From the NCBI GenBank assembly GCA_963815215.1, contig CAWFFU010000003.1:32001-96000 (forward strand): a stretch of DNA of 64,000 bases. The letters run 5' to 3'. This DNA comes from an uncultured Trueperaceae bacterium (GTDB lineage Bacteria > Deinococcota > Deinococci > Deinococcales > Trueperaceae). Positions 22,296 to 31,932 of this stretch are shown one piece after another. Made by a program: the position numbers and the translations under genes. The notes below the pieces were generated by a model, which saw only the letters and a list, made by a program, of their open reading frames with translations, was not told the DNA's origin and did not search any database. Every line of letters starts with the position of its first letter. Positions within the stretch are counted from its first letter, which is position 1.

Positions 22296-22808
22296 ATAGC
22301 GAGAGAGTTGAAGGTGAACGAACAGATCCGCGCCCGTCAGGTGCGTCTGATCACGGAGTCCGGGGAACAGATCGGAATCATCGATACCCGTGACGCCATG
22401 AAGCGCGCTCGCGATGCGGAGATGGATCTCGTTCTCGTGGGTGAGAGTGCGGAGCCGCCTGTAGCCCGCTTGATGGATTACGGCCGTTACCGTTTCGAGC
22501 TACAGCAGCAGGCCAAGGAGGCCCGCAAGCGCTCTCGCCAGCAGGAGATGAAGTCGATCAAGTTCCGCGTGAAGATCGACGACCACGACTACGAGACCAA
22601 GGTCAATCACATCCGCCGCTTCCTCAAGGGCGGCCACAAGGTCAAGGTCACGATCATGTTCCGCGGTCGCGAACGTACCCATCCGGAGCTGGGGCAAGAG
22701 ATCCTCAACCGGGTGGCGAACGATCTCACCGAGTTCGCGGTGGTGGATTCCGCACCCATCATCGCCGGCATGGACATGAACATGATCCTTCGTCCCCACG
22801 ATATGTAA
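22296..22808 (+). CDS. infC: Translation initiation factor IF-3 (probable ATA start)
   Basis: NEQIRARQVRLI, MDYG, KVKVTIMFRGRE; SD GGAGGTGA 22283-22290 then ATA. Confidence 0.96.
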   Translation: MARELKVNEQIRARQVRLITESGEQIGIIDTRDAMKRARDAEMDLVLVGESAEPPVARLMDYGRYRFELQQQAKEARKRSRQQEMKSIKFRVKIDDHDYETKVNHIRRFLKGGHKVKVTIMFRGRERTHPELGQEILNRVANDLTEFAVVDSAPIIAGMDMNMILRPHDM

Positions 22809-22924
22809 GAGGCCTGTTCGAAACCCTTTCACTCTGAGACTTGGAGCTTCCCGGTCCAGGGAGATACGATCGGCGCCACCGTTGTGACGTCGGGTCGCCC
22901 GAGCGGCGGCCGAGGAGAGACATC

Positions 22925-23122
22925 ATGCCGAAACTCAAGACCCACAAGGGCACCAAAGCCCGTGTCAAGATCACTGGGCGAGGTAAGGTCAAGGCGATGC
23001 GCTCCGGCAAGCGGCACCTGAACTTCAAGAAGTCGGGTGACCGGATCCGGAGAGGCAGGACCGGCCTACTGCTCGCCAAGCCCGAGGCGGAGCGCGTCAA
23101 GGCGCTCCTGCCGTACGACTAG
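22925..23122 (+). CDS. rpmI: 50S ribosomal protein L35
   Basis: MPKLKTHKGTKARVKITG; synteny; SD GAGGAG. Confidence 0.96.
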   Translation: MPKLKTHKGTKARVKITGRGKVKAMRSGKRHLNFKKSGDRIRRGRTGLLLAKPEAERVKALLPYD

Positions 23123-23132
23123 GAGGTAGGTC

Positions 23133-23486
23133 ATGCCACGCGCCAAGACCGGTGTGGTGCGCCGCCGGCGTCACAAGAAGATCCTCAAACGCGCCAAGGG
23201 TTTCTGGGGGTTGCGCTCCAAGAGCGTGCGGACCGCCCAGCAGACCCTTCTCAACGCTGCCGACTACGCCTACCGCGACCGCCGCGACAAGAAGGCGCAG
23301 TTCCGGCGCCTGTGGATCGCCCGGATCAACGCGGCCGCCCGCGCCGAAGGGATGAGCTACTCCCGCTTCGTCGACGGCCTGCGGCGCGCCGGGATCGAGG
23401 TCGACCGCAAGATCCTCGCCGATCTCGCCGTCCGGGAGCCCGAGGCTTTCAAGGGTCTGGTCGAGAAGGCTCGCGGGGTCGCCTGA
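23133..23486 (+). CDS. rplT: 50S ribosomal protein L20
   Basis: [27 protein letters not shown]. Confidence 0.98.
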   Translation: MPRAKTGVVRRRRHKKILKRAKGFWGLRSKSVRTAQQTLLNAADYAYRDRRDKKAQFRRLWIARINAAARAEGMSYSRFVDGLRRAGIEVDRKILADLAVREPEAFKGLVEKARGVA

Positions 23487-23521
23487 GCAGGAACGGACGG
23501 CGGGCCGAGGTCGAACCCGCC

Positions 23522-23558
23522 CGGCGCGGCCTGCCAACGATGGCAGGCCGCGCCGTTT
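23522..23558 (+). terminator. Intrinsic terminator after rplT
   Basis: 15-bp perfect stem CGGCGCGGCCTGCCA-acga-TGGCAGGCCGCGCCG followed by TTT. Confidence 0.7.
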
Positions 23559-23588
23559 GACGTCCTGGGCCCACGGTAGAATGCCGGC

Positions 23589-24254
23589 GTGTCGTCCTCA
23601 GGGAGCCTCCGCGAGCGCAAGAAGGCGGACCGGCGCCAACGCATCTTCGACAGCGCGATGCGTCTGTTCCAGGAGCGTGGCTTCCAGGCGACGACCTTCA
23701 GCGACATCGCGCGCGCGGCGGACGTGTCGCGCGGCACCGTGTTCAACTACTTCCCTTACAAGGAAGCCCTTCTGATCGAGTTCTTCGGGCGCCACCTGGA
23801 GGCGTTGCGGGAAGGGCTGGCGCGCCGCAGGAGCGAAGCCGGGGGCCCTGCTGCGGAGGCCGGGAACGAGCCGTGGAGCGGATCCGGGGAGGAACTGGCG
23901 TTCCTCTTCGACGCCCTCGCCGCGTTCGTGGATGCCAACCGCGACCTGGTGCTGCCGCTGAGCTACGAGCTGCTCAATCCCGATCCCGAGCGCTCTCGAC
24001 GGGCCTATCTCGCGTTGCCGCTGGGCGATCTGTTGCGTGACGTGCTGACGCGGGCGCGCGCCGCCGGGACGGTGCGAGACGACTATTCGCGCGAGCGTCT
24101 GGCCAGGACCCTGGAGAACGTCTACTTCATCACCGCCATGCAGTGGGCGGCCTATCGCCGGGACCGCTCCATCCGCGACGAGTTGCGCAAGGCGCTGGTG
24201 CTGACCTTGGAAGGCATCGCCACGCCGGCCCGGTCGCCGGCCGTGACCGCGTAG
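23589..24254 (+). CDS. TetR/AcrR family regulator
   Basis: IARAADVSRGTVFNYFPYKE HTH; TAGAAT-N6-GTG. Confidence 0.92.
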   Translation: MSSSGSLRERKKADRRQRIFDSAMRLFQERGFQATTFSDIARAADVSRGTVFNYFPYKEALLIEFFGRHLEALREGLARRRSEAGGPAAEAGNEPWSGSGEELAFLFDALAAFVDANRDLVLPLSYELLNPDPERSRRAYLALPLGDLLRDVLTRARAAGTVRDDYSRERLARTLENVYFITAMQWAAYRRDRSIRDELRKALVLTLEGIATPARSPAVTA

Positions 24255-24324
24255 GCCCGGCCCACCGTCGGCAGAGCGAGGGCGACTGCGGTCCCGCCCG
24301 TAGCCCGCCGGTATGATGGCGGGC

Positions 24325-25617
24325 ATGCGTTGGATCGAATCGCTGGAAGCCGCTCTGGAGACGTTCCGAGAACGCTCCGTGGAGACCGTCGACCCCGAGG
24401 TCTCACGCCGCGTTCGCGCCCTCATCGACGAGGTGCGCACCGGCGGCGACGACGCGGTGCTCGCCATCACCGAGCGCCTGGACGGGGTGCGGCCGGCCGC
24501 CCTGGCCGTGTCGGCCGAGGAGATCGCTGCGGCCGGGGCCGGGATCGGAGCGGAGCTCGCCGACGCCATCCGCCTGGCCGTGGAACGGGTTCGCGCCTAC
24601 TACGAGCGGCAGCCCTCGAGCGGCTTCCTCGAGCAGCAGCCCGGCGGCCTGCTGGGGCAGCTGGTCAGGCCGTTGACGCGCGTGGGCTGCTACGTGCCGG
24701 GTGGTACCGCCCCGCTGTTCAGCAGCCTGATCATGACCGCCGTACCGGCTCGCGTAGCGGGCGTGCGCGATGTCGTGGCGGCTACGCCGCCGCGCGCCGA
24801 CGGCAGCGTGGCGCCGGAGATCCTGTTCGTCGCCTCGCTCCTGGGCGTGACGGAGGTCTACCGTATGGGGGGTGCCCAGGCGATCGCGGCGCTCGCCTTC
24901 GGTACCGCCAGCGTGGCGCCGGTCGACAAGATCGTGGGACCGGGAAACCGCTACGTGGTCGCGGCCAAGCGGGAGGTGTTCGGACGGGTCGGCATCGAGT
25001 CGCTGCCCGGACCCACCGAGACGTTGGTCCTGGCCGACGACGGCGCCGACGTGCGTCACGTGGTGGCGGATCTGCTGGCGCAGGCGGAGCACCTGGGTGC
25101 GCAACCGGTGCTCGTCACGCCCAGTCGGCGTCTGGCACGGGCGGTGGAGGCGGCGCTGCCTGCCGCCATCGCCGACCTCCCCACCGCCGTGGCTGCGCGC
25201 GAGTCGGTCGAGCAGCGCGGCGCGATCGTGATCGTGCGCGACCTGGCGGAAGGCATGGAGGTCGCCAACGCCTACGCGCCGGAGCACCTGTGCCTGCTGG
25301 TGCGCGACCCCTGGTCGTGGGTGCCCGAGGTCGTCAACGCGGGCGGCCTGTTCGTGGGCGAGCACAGCATGGAAGCACTCGGCGACTACCTGGCAGGCCC
25401 CAGCCACGTCATGCCCACCACCGGGACCGCGCGCTACGCCAGCTTCGTGAACGTGCGGGACTTCCAGAAGGTGATCCCGCTGGTGGCGTTCGGCCCTGCG
25501 GTAGTGGCGGAGGTGGGACCGTCGGCCGCGCGCATGGCCCGGGCCGAGGGGCTGGAGGCACACGCGCGGGCCATCGAGGCGCGCCTCGAGAGCGACGAGG
25601 GCGAGCCGCACTCCTGA
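24325..25617 (+). CDS. hisD: Histidinol dehydrogenase
   Basis: YVPGG, GGAQAIAALA, GPGN, DLLAQAEH, APEHL, GPSHVMPT; TATGAT-N7-ATG. Confidence 0.96.
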   Translation: MRWIESLEAALETFRERSVETVDPEVSRRVRALIDEVRTGGDDAVLAITERLDGVRPAALAVSAEEIAAAGAGIGAELADAIRLAVERVRAYYERQPSSGFLEQQPGGLLGQLVRPLTRVGCYVPGGTAPLFSSLIMTAVPARVAGVRDVVAATPPRADGSVAPEILFVASLLGVTEVYRMGGAQAIAALAFGTASVAPVDKIVGPGNRYVVAAKREVFGRVGIESLPGPTETLVLADDGADVRHVVADLLAQAEHLGAQPVLVTPSRRLARAVEAALPAAIADLPTAVAARESVEQRGAIVIVRDLAEGMEVANAYAPEHLCLLVRDPWSWVPEVVNAGGLFVGEHSMEALGDYLAGPSHVMPTTGTARYASFVNVRDFQKVIPLVAFGPAVVAEVGPSAARMARAEGLEAHARAIEARLESDEGEPHS

Positions 25618-25645
25618 CATCCGGCGGGGACCGGCCCCGCCGTGC

Positions 25646-26272
25646 TCAACGTTCGATCAGGAAGGGATTGGTGCGCTTCTCGTGGCCGATGGTGGTCTCA
25701 GGGCCGTGGCCCGGCAGCGCGCGGGTATCGTCGGGCAGGATCAGCAGCCGCTCCCCGATCGAGCGCAGCAGGGTGTCGGTGTCGCCGAACGGCCGGTCCG
25801 TGCGTCCGATCGAGCCCCGGAAGAGCGCGTCTCCCGTCAACACCAGCCCCTCGCTCGGAAGGTGGAAGGCGACGTGACCGGGGGCGTGCCCGGGCGTGAA
25901 CAGGCAGCGGGCGAGCACGCCGGCCAGCTCGAGCTCCATCCCGTCGGCGAGGGGTCGCGTGGCGGTAGGCGGCTCGGCGATCGTGATCCCGAAGGCGGCT
26001 GCCTGGCGCGCGGCCGATGCCAGCAGCGGAGCGTCGGAGGGGTGAAGGTAGACGGGCACGCTGCTTGCCTGGATTACGCCGGCCAGGCCGCCGACGTGGT
26101 CGAAGTCCGCGTGGGTGAGCCACACCGCTTCGAGCCTGGCGCCGTGCCCTTCCACGGCGGCCAGCAGGCGATCGGCCTCGGCGCCGGGATCGACCAGGAC
26201 GGCGCGACCCTTCTCCACCAACAGGTAGGCGTTGGCCTGGAGCGCACCCACCGGGTGCCGTTCGACGATCAC
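25646..26272 (-). CDS. MBL-fold metallo-hydrolase (glyoxalase II-like)
   Basis: DPG, THADFDH, TPGHAPG, GDALF, PGHG, NPF. Confidence 0.9.
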   Translation of the reverse strand: MIVERHPVGALQANAYLLVEKGRAVLVDPGAEADRLLAAVEGHGARLEAVWLTHADFDHVGGLAGVIQASSVPVYLHPSDAPLLASAARQAAAFGITIAEPPTATRPLADGMELELAGVLARCLFTPGHAPGHVAFHLPSEGLVLTGDALFRGSIGRTDRPFGDTDTLLRSIGERLLILPDDTRALPGHGPETTIGHEKRTNPFLIER

Positions 26273-26973
26273 GCTCCGCCCACCCGGCCGCGCCACAGGG
26301 CGCGCACGATGTCGCGGTACATCGCCGCACGCAGCGACAGGCCCGTGAGCCAACCGCGTTTCTCCTCCTTCATGACCTGCGACACGCCCTCGAGCGCGAC
26401 GTCGCGGCCACGCAGGCCACTGCGGCGCGCGTGCTGGCCGATGGCGACCTCGACACCGTAGCGACTGGCGCCGATGCCCGGCACGCGCAGGAGGTCCGCG
26501 CGCCGCATGCCCCGCTGGCCGTTGAGCTGCGGAGTGAGGCGCTGAGCTGCGGTGGTCCGCCAGCGGCCTCCGCGGAACACGCCGCGCGTCATGTCGGCGT
26601 CGCCGACGAGCACAGGCTCGGCAAGGGCGCGCACGTGGAACGGTTCCAGGCCCACCAGATCGGCGTCGAGCAGGACCAGGACGTCCGCGTCGAGGGTGCG
26701 GGCGGCGGCGAGCAGCGCGCCCCCCTTGCCCACGTTCCTGTCGAGCGCGAGCACATGGGCGCCGGCGGCGCGGGCGACCTCGGCGGTGCCGTCGGTCGAG
26801 CCGTCGTCGACGACCCAGACCGGTCCGATCTCGCTGGAGAGCGCGGCCGCCACCACGTTCCCCACGCCGGCGGCCTCGTTGAAGGCGGGAACGACCACCG
26901 CGCAGCGCGAGCTACCGGCGGGAAGGGCGGCCTCAACGGCCGCCTCAGCCGTGTAGGAGTCCGCTGATCTCAT
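26269..26973 (-). CDS. Glycosyltransferase family 2
   Basis: VPAFNE, VVDDGSTD, GKG, LDAD; start uncertain. Confidence 0.85.
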   Translation of the reverse strand: MRSADSYTAEAAVEAALPAGSSRCAVVVPAFNEAAGVGNVVAAALSSEIGPVWVVDDGSTDGTAEVARAAGAHVLALDRNVGKGGALLAAARTLDADVLVLLDADLVGLEPFHVRALAEPVLVGDADMTRGVFRGGRWRTTAAQRLTPQLNGQRGMRRADLLRVPGIGASRYGVEVAIGQHARRSGLRGRDVALEGVSQVMKEEKRGWLTGLSLRAAMYRDIVRALWRGRVGGA

Positions 26974-28036
26974 GGACGGTGACGAGGACGATCAACGCCA
27001 GTACGGCCATGATGCCGATGAAGTGGAACTGTTCCTCCTGGCCGGGCTTGAACGGCCGGCCCCGGATGGCGACGACGCCCGCCAGAAGCATGCGCCCCCC
27101 GTCCAGGCCGGGGATCGGGAGCAGGTTGAACACCGCCAGCGAGAAGTTGATGATGGCGGCCAGGAACAGGACCGAAGCGATGCCGACGTGGGTGGCCTGG
27201 TTGACCAGCCCGACGATGCCGACGGGACCGGCGACCTCGCTGTTCTGTCGGCCGGTGAGGGCGGCGGCGAACCCCTGCACGAAGCCGCGCACCATCTCGG
27301 GGATCACGCGCACGCCGAACCAGGCCGATTCGGCGAGAGCCTGCGGCGCCGAGACGCCCTCGAAGACCGCGGCCACGTTCACGCCCAGGAGGGGCTTCCC
27401 ATTGGCGTCGGTGAGCACCTTGGCACCTGTCGGGGGCCAGGGGGTGGACACGACGCGGCGCTTGCCGTCGTTCATCAGCGTGAGGGTGAGCTCGTTGGCG
27501 CTGTGGATGGTCTCGACCACCTGTTGCGGCGTGGGGTCCTGGATGCCGTTGAGGCCGACGATGTGGTCGCCCGTACGGATGCCGAGCCGTGCGGCCGGGG
27601 AGCCGTCCATCACGCTCAGCACGGAGCTCCCGCGACCGACGTTGGCGCCGGTCGTGAAGGCGCGGTAGCCGGGCTGCAGCATCACGGCGGTGGTCAGCAG
27701 CACGACCCCCAGCACGAAATTGGCGAGGATGCCGCCCATCAAGATCCAGAGCTTGGCGCCCAACCCCTTCTTGGCCATCCCCTCGTCGGGGTGCTGAAGG
27801 TTGCCGTTCTCGTCCACCTTGGGTGCCATGCCCGGCAGGTCGACGTAGCCGCCGATGGGGAAGACGCCGATGCGCCACTCGGTCCCGCGCCAGCGGCGGC
27901 GCCACACTATGGGGCCCATACCGATGCTGAACGCGCGCACCGGTACGCCGACGCTCCTGGCGTTGAAGAAGTGCGCCCCTTCGTGCACCAGCACGGCGGT
28001 GAACAGGATGAGGATGAAGGTGATGGCTGTCAGCAT
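26945..28036 (-). CDS. rseP: RIP metalloprotease RseP (M50, PDZ)
   Basis: HEGAH, GGYV, PDZ, NLLPIPGLDGG. Confidence 0.92.
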   Translation of the reverse strand: MLTAITFILILFTAVLVHEGAHFFNARSVGVPVRAFSIGMGPIVWRRRWRGTEWRIGVFPIGGYVDLPGMAPKVDENGNLQHPDEGMAKKGLGAKLWILMGGILANFVLGVVLLTTAVMLQPGYRAFTTGANVGRGSSVLSVMDGSPAARLGIRTGDHIVGLNGIQDPTPQQVVETIHSANELTLTLMNDGKRRVVSTPWPPTGAKVLTDANGKPLLGVNVAAVFEGVSAPQALAESAWFGVRVIPEMVRGFVQGFAAALTGRQNSEVAGPVGIVGLVNQATHVGIASVLFLAAIINFSLAVFNLLPIPGLDGGRMLLAGVVAIRGRPFKPGQEEQFHFIGIMAVLALIVLVTVHEISGLLHG

Positions 28037-28119
28037 GGAGGACTCCGGGCGTCACGCCCTAGCGTCAGTATGGCAGAGGTCGGCCGCCTGCACGGTGGGC
28101 TGCTGTACCGAAGCCGCCC

Positions 28120-29271
28120 TCAGCCGGGCCCGCCCATCGGCCCGCCGCCTCGCGCCACGTCGTCGGGCCCGCCGTGCTCGCGCAGGCGGCGGATCAGATC
28201 GGTCTTGCTGACCACGCCGAGCAACGTGCCGGCAGCGTCCACGACCGCCAGCCGACCGATCTCCCCCTCGCCGATGCGGCGCAGCGCCTCGGTGGCCTCC
28301 TCGTCCGGAGCGATGGTCTCGGCCCGCACCATGACGTCCTCCACGACCCCGTTCTCGTCGCCCTCGCGGGCGTCCTGGAGCCGCGCGAAACCGAGGAGAC
28401 GGCCGCCGTCGTCGACGACGGGGTAGCCGGTATGGCGCCGGAAGAACATGAGCTGCGCGAACTGCGCCAGGGGCATATCGGGCCCGACGGTCACCGGGCC
28501 CGGGGTCATGAGTTCGCGGACGCGGTAGCCCTCGAAGGCGTCGTGGACGATCGCGGCACGCGTCTCGGCATGGCCGGCGTTGTACACGAAGAAGGCGATC
28601 ACCACCAGGAAGAGGTTGAGCGAGAAGAAGCCGTAGATCCCGAGCAGGACCGCGATGACGCTGCCGACGGAGCCGGCCGTGCGGGTGGCTCGGAGGTGGG
28701 GCATGACCAGGGCGAGCAACGAGCGGAGCACCCGGCCGCCGTCCAGCGGCAGCGCCGGTAACAGGTTGAACAGAGCCAGGCCGGCGTTGGTGAGGGTCAG
28801 GTAGGTGAGTACGAAGAGCGTCGCTCCGTGGCCGGCGGCGAGCGGCCAGCTGAGCCAGGTCAGGAGCGCCAGCAAGGCGCTGGTGATGGGGCCGACGATG
28901 GCCACCACGGCCTCGGCCCCGCGCTGCCTGGGCATGGCGCTGAACTGGGCGACGCCGCCGAGGAACCACAGCGTGATCTCGCGCACCTCGACGCCGTATC
29001 TGCGTGCCACGACGGCGTGCCCCAGCTCGTGGACGAGCACGCTCAGGAACAGCCCGACGGCGCCGACGAGGCCCAGCAGGTAGGGGGTGGCACCGTGCTG
29101 CAGTGCAGCGCCGTCGATGGCGATGCCGGCGCGCTGGAACAGCGCCACGTAGCCGGTGATCTGCGAGCCGATCAGGTAGGCGAACAGCGGCAGTACCAGC
29201 AGGAAGGAGGTGTCCAGGCTGACGGGGATGCCCAGCAGCTTGAACGGCAGGTGCAGCGCGTGCCGGAACAT
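28120..29271 (-). CDS. Site-2 protease (M50) with tandem CBS domains
   Basis: HELGH, GP, FNLLPALPLDGGRV, C-terminal CBS pair. Confidence 0.92.
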   Translation of the reverse strand: MFRHALHLPFKLLGIPVSLDTSFLLVLPLFAYLIGSQITGYVALFQRAGIAIDGAALQHGATPYLLGLVGAVGLFLSVLVHELGHAVVARRYGVEVREITLWFLGGVAQFSAMPRQRGAEAVVAIVGPITSALLALLTWLSWPLAAGHGATLFVLTYLTLTNAGLALFNLLPALPLDGGRVLRSLLALVMPHLRATRTAGSVGSVIAVLLGIYGFFSLNLFLVVIAFFVYNAGHAETRAAIVHDAFEGYRVRELMTPGPVTVGPDMPLAQFAQLMFFRRHTGYPVVDDGGRLLGFARLQDAREGDENGVVEDVMVRAETIAPDEEATEALRRIGEGEIGRLAVVDAAGTLLGVVSKTDLIRRLREHGGPDDVARGGGPMGGPG

Positions 29272-29321
29272 GCTCCACGATAGGGCATGGGGAGGGGGCG
29301 GACTGCAGCCCGGTGGCCGCT

Positions 29322-30476
29322 TCAGGTGGCCGGGCGCCAGGCCTCGGCCAGCGCGCGCGCCGTGGCATCGGCTTCGAGGAGCGCGTCCCAGCCGAGCGCC
29401 TCGGCCGGCGCATCGTCGAGCACGGCGTCGAGCAGGCGCGGGATGTCGGTGAAGCGCAGCGTGCCCGCCAGGAAGCGCGACACCGCGACCTCGTCGGCCG
29501 CGTTGAGGAACGCGGGCGCCAGGCCCCCGAGCTCGCCGGCACGGTAGGCAAGCTGCAAGCTGGGGAAGCGCTCCAGGTCGGGCGCCGCGAAGTCCCAGCG
29601 TCCGCTCAGCGGCAGGGGAGGCAGTGGCGTGGGAGGCCGGTGGGGGGCTTCGAGCGCGTACTGGATCGGGAGGCGCATGTCGTGCGGCCCGATCTGCGCC
29701 TTGATGCTGCCGTCGGCGAAGCGGACCAGGCCGTGTACCAGCGACTGCGGGTGCACCACGACCTCGATGGCCGCGAGCGGCAGGTCGAACAGGAAGTGCG
29801 CCTCGAGGACCTCCAGCCCCTTGTTGAACAGCGTGGCCGAGTCGATGGTGACCTTGCGCCCCATCGACCAGGTGGGGTGGCGCAGCGCCTGCTCCGGGGT
29901 GACCTGAGAGAGATCGGCGGGGCCCACGCGGAACGGACCGCCGGACGCGGTCAACACCAGCGAGCGCACCGCGGCTCGCGGCTCGCCGACGAGCGCTTGG
30001 AACAGCGCCGAGTGCTCCGAGTCGACGGGCGTGATGCGTGCGCCGCTGGCGCCGGCGAGCTCCCACATGAGGGGGCCCGCCACCACCATCGCTTCCTTGT
30101 TGGCCAGCGCCAGGTGGCGGCCGGCACGCAGGGCGGCGGCGGTCGGCGCGAGGCCGTCGAAGCCGGGGATCGCGGCCACCACGGCGTCGGCCTCGTGGAC
30201 GGCCGCCTCGACGAGGCCCTCGGGGCCGGTGGCCAGGCGGGTACCGGCCGGCAGATGGGGGGCCACTCGCTCGGCGACGTCGACGTCGCACACCACCAGC
30301 TCGGGACGGAACTCGGCGGCCTGGGCGACGAGGGCCTCGGCGTTCCGGCCGGCGGTCAGCGCGACCGGCCGGTAGCCCTGCCAGCGGGCGACGTCCAGGG
30401 TCTGTCGGCCGATCGAGCCGGTGGAGCCCAGCACGACGATGCGTTTCGAGGGGCCGGTGGCGCTGCTGCTCGGCAT
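29322..30476 (-). CDS. dxr: 1-deoxy-D-xylulose-5-phosphate reductoisomerase
   Basis: [36 protein letters not shown]. Confidence 0.97.
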   Translation of the reverse strand: MPSSSATGPSKRIVVLGSTGSIGRQTLDVARWQGYRPVALTAGRNAEALVAQAAEFRPELVVCDVDVAERVAPHLPAGTRLATGPEGLVEAAVHEADAVVAAIPGFDGLAPTAAALRAGRHLALANKEAMVVAGPLMWELAGASGARITPVDSEHSALFQALVGEPRAAVRSLVLTASGGPFRVGPADLSQVTPEQALRHPTWSMGRKVTIDSATLFNKGLEVLEAHFLFDLPLAAIEVVVHPQSLVHGLVRFADGSIKAQIGPHDMRLPIQYALEAPHRPPTPLPPLPLSGRWDFAAPDLERFPSLQLAYRAGELGGLAPAFLNAADEVAVSRFLAGTLRFTDIPRLLDAVLDDAPAEALGWDALLEADATARALAEAWRPAT

Positions 30477-30562
30477 GCCTCCATTCTGGCACGCGTCCCG
30501 TCTGGCCCGGCGTTCCTGCACGCCGGGGTGCTATCCTTGAGCGGTTCCGCAAGGAGGAAGGC

Positions 30563-31192
30563 ATGCTTGTTCGTGAGTGGATGACCCCGAATCCCCAGAC
30601 CGTCACCGCCGACACGCCCGTGATGGAAGCCATGCAGCGTCTGCGTGAGGGCGGCTTCCGACGTCTCCCCGTCACTCGCGACGGCAAGCTCATCGGGATC
30701 GTCACCGACCGTGACCTCAAGGAGGCCACGCCTTCGAAGGCGACCACGCTGTCGGTCTACGAACTCAACTACCTGCTGAGCAAGCTCCTCGTGAAGGACG
30801 TCATGAAGGCCCCGGTCATCACCGTGCGGGGCGACGATCCCATCGAGCACGCGGCGCTGCTCATGGAGGAGCATCGCGTCTCGGGTCTGCCGGTTTTGTT
30901 GGGCAGCGAGCTCACCGGGATCGTCACCATCACCGACCTGATGAGGGCCTTCGTGTCGTTCCTGGGCATGCGTGAAGGCGGTATCCGCGTGACCGTCGAT
31001 CTGCCCGACGAGCCCGGCGTGCTCGCCCGGGTGGCCGAGGCGGGCCCGCCCTCCAACATCATCGCGGCGGTGACCACCGGCGTGCAGACCGGCCACCGGC
31101 GCCGGCTGGTGCTGCGGGTGACCGGCGAGGACGCGGAGGGCTTCCCGGAACGCCTGAAGGCCGCATCCGTCGAGATCGTCGACGTTCGCTAG
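30563..31192 (+). CDS. CBS + ACT domain protein (AcuB-like)
   Basis: GIVTDRDLKEATPS, GIVTITD, DEPGVLARV; SD AAGGAGG. Confidence 0.88.
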   Translation: MLVREWMTPNPQTVTADTPVMEAMQRLREGGFRRLPVTRDGKLIGIVTDRDLKEATPSKATTLSVYELNYLLSKLLVKDVMKAPVITVRGDDPIEHAALLMEEHRVSGLPVLLGSELTGIVTITDLMRAFVSFLGMREGGIRVTVDLPDEPGVLARVAEAGPPSNIIAAVTTGVQTGHRRRLVLRVTGEDAEGFPERLKAASVEIVDVR

Positions 31193-31199
31193 GCGCGTC

Positions 31200-31922
31200 G
31201 TGGCCAAGGGATCGGGCTCGCGGGCTCCTGCCGATACCGAGGCGCTCGCCCGCGCCGCGCGCGGCGGTCGGGTCGCGCACACGGCCTTCCTGGAGCCGCC
31301 GGACGCCGACGCCCTGGTGGCCTCGCTGCGTGCGTTGGGTGTGCCGGTGTCGGTGGACGGAGGTGTCAGCGCCGCCCGCAGGCGGGTGGTGGTGGCGCGC
31401 CCGGAGCACGTGCCGGCAGCGACCGTAGGCATGGCGGCGGTGTACTTCGAGGGGGTGGAGGACGCCGACGCTTTGCGCGTGGCGGCGCGCGCCGCCGGTG
31501 TCGATCCGGCCAGCATCGGCGATGCCGTGCGCCATCAGGACGGCATCTCCCTGATCACGCTGGCGCCTCCGCCCGAGCCGCTGCTGACGCTGGCGCGCGT
31601 GGCCGGACGTCCGGTAACGCCGTTGGCCGTGCCGTTGGAACGCGTGGCGGGGGGGAGCGAGCGCGACCTCGAGGTCGTGGTGCCGTCGCTGCGCGTCGAT
31701 GTGCTGGGGGGCAAGGCCTTCCGGGTCTCGCGCAGCTATTTCGCCAAGGGCGTCGCTGCCGGCCGCGTACGCCTCAACGGCGAGCGCGCCGACAAGGGCG
31801 CCACGGCGGGGGTGGGCGACGAGGTCTACGCCGAAGGGCTGGGCCGCTTCCGCATCGTGCGTGTCGAGGGGCAGACGCGCCGCGGCAACCTCAGGGTGAC
31901 GCTGCACGCCGAGCGCGCCTGA
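31200..31922 (+). CDS. YlmH/Sll1252-family S4 RNA-binding protein
   Basis: TAFLEP, SLRVD...SRS, VGDEV..EGLGR, TRRG. Confidence 0.82.
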   Translation: MAKGSGSRAPADTEALARAARGGRVAHTAFLEPPDADALVASLRALGVPVSVDGGVSAARRRVVVARPEHVPAATVGMAAVYFEGVEDADALRVAARAAGVDPASIGDAVRHQDGISLITLAPPPEPLLTLARVAGRPVTPLAVPLERVAGGSERDLEVVVPSLRVDVLGGKAFRVSRSYFAKGVAAGRVRLNGERADKGATAGVGDEVYAEGLGRFRIVRVEGQTRRGNLRVTLHAERA

Positions 31923-31932
31923 GCGCACGCGA

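Noticed and set aside
28120..30747. 875-aa ORF suggesting a fusion to the site-2 protease
   Set aside because: The upstream part is an off-frame read of dxr. The protease has its own start at 29271.
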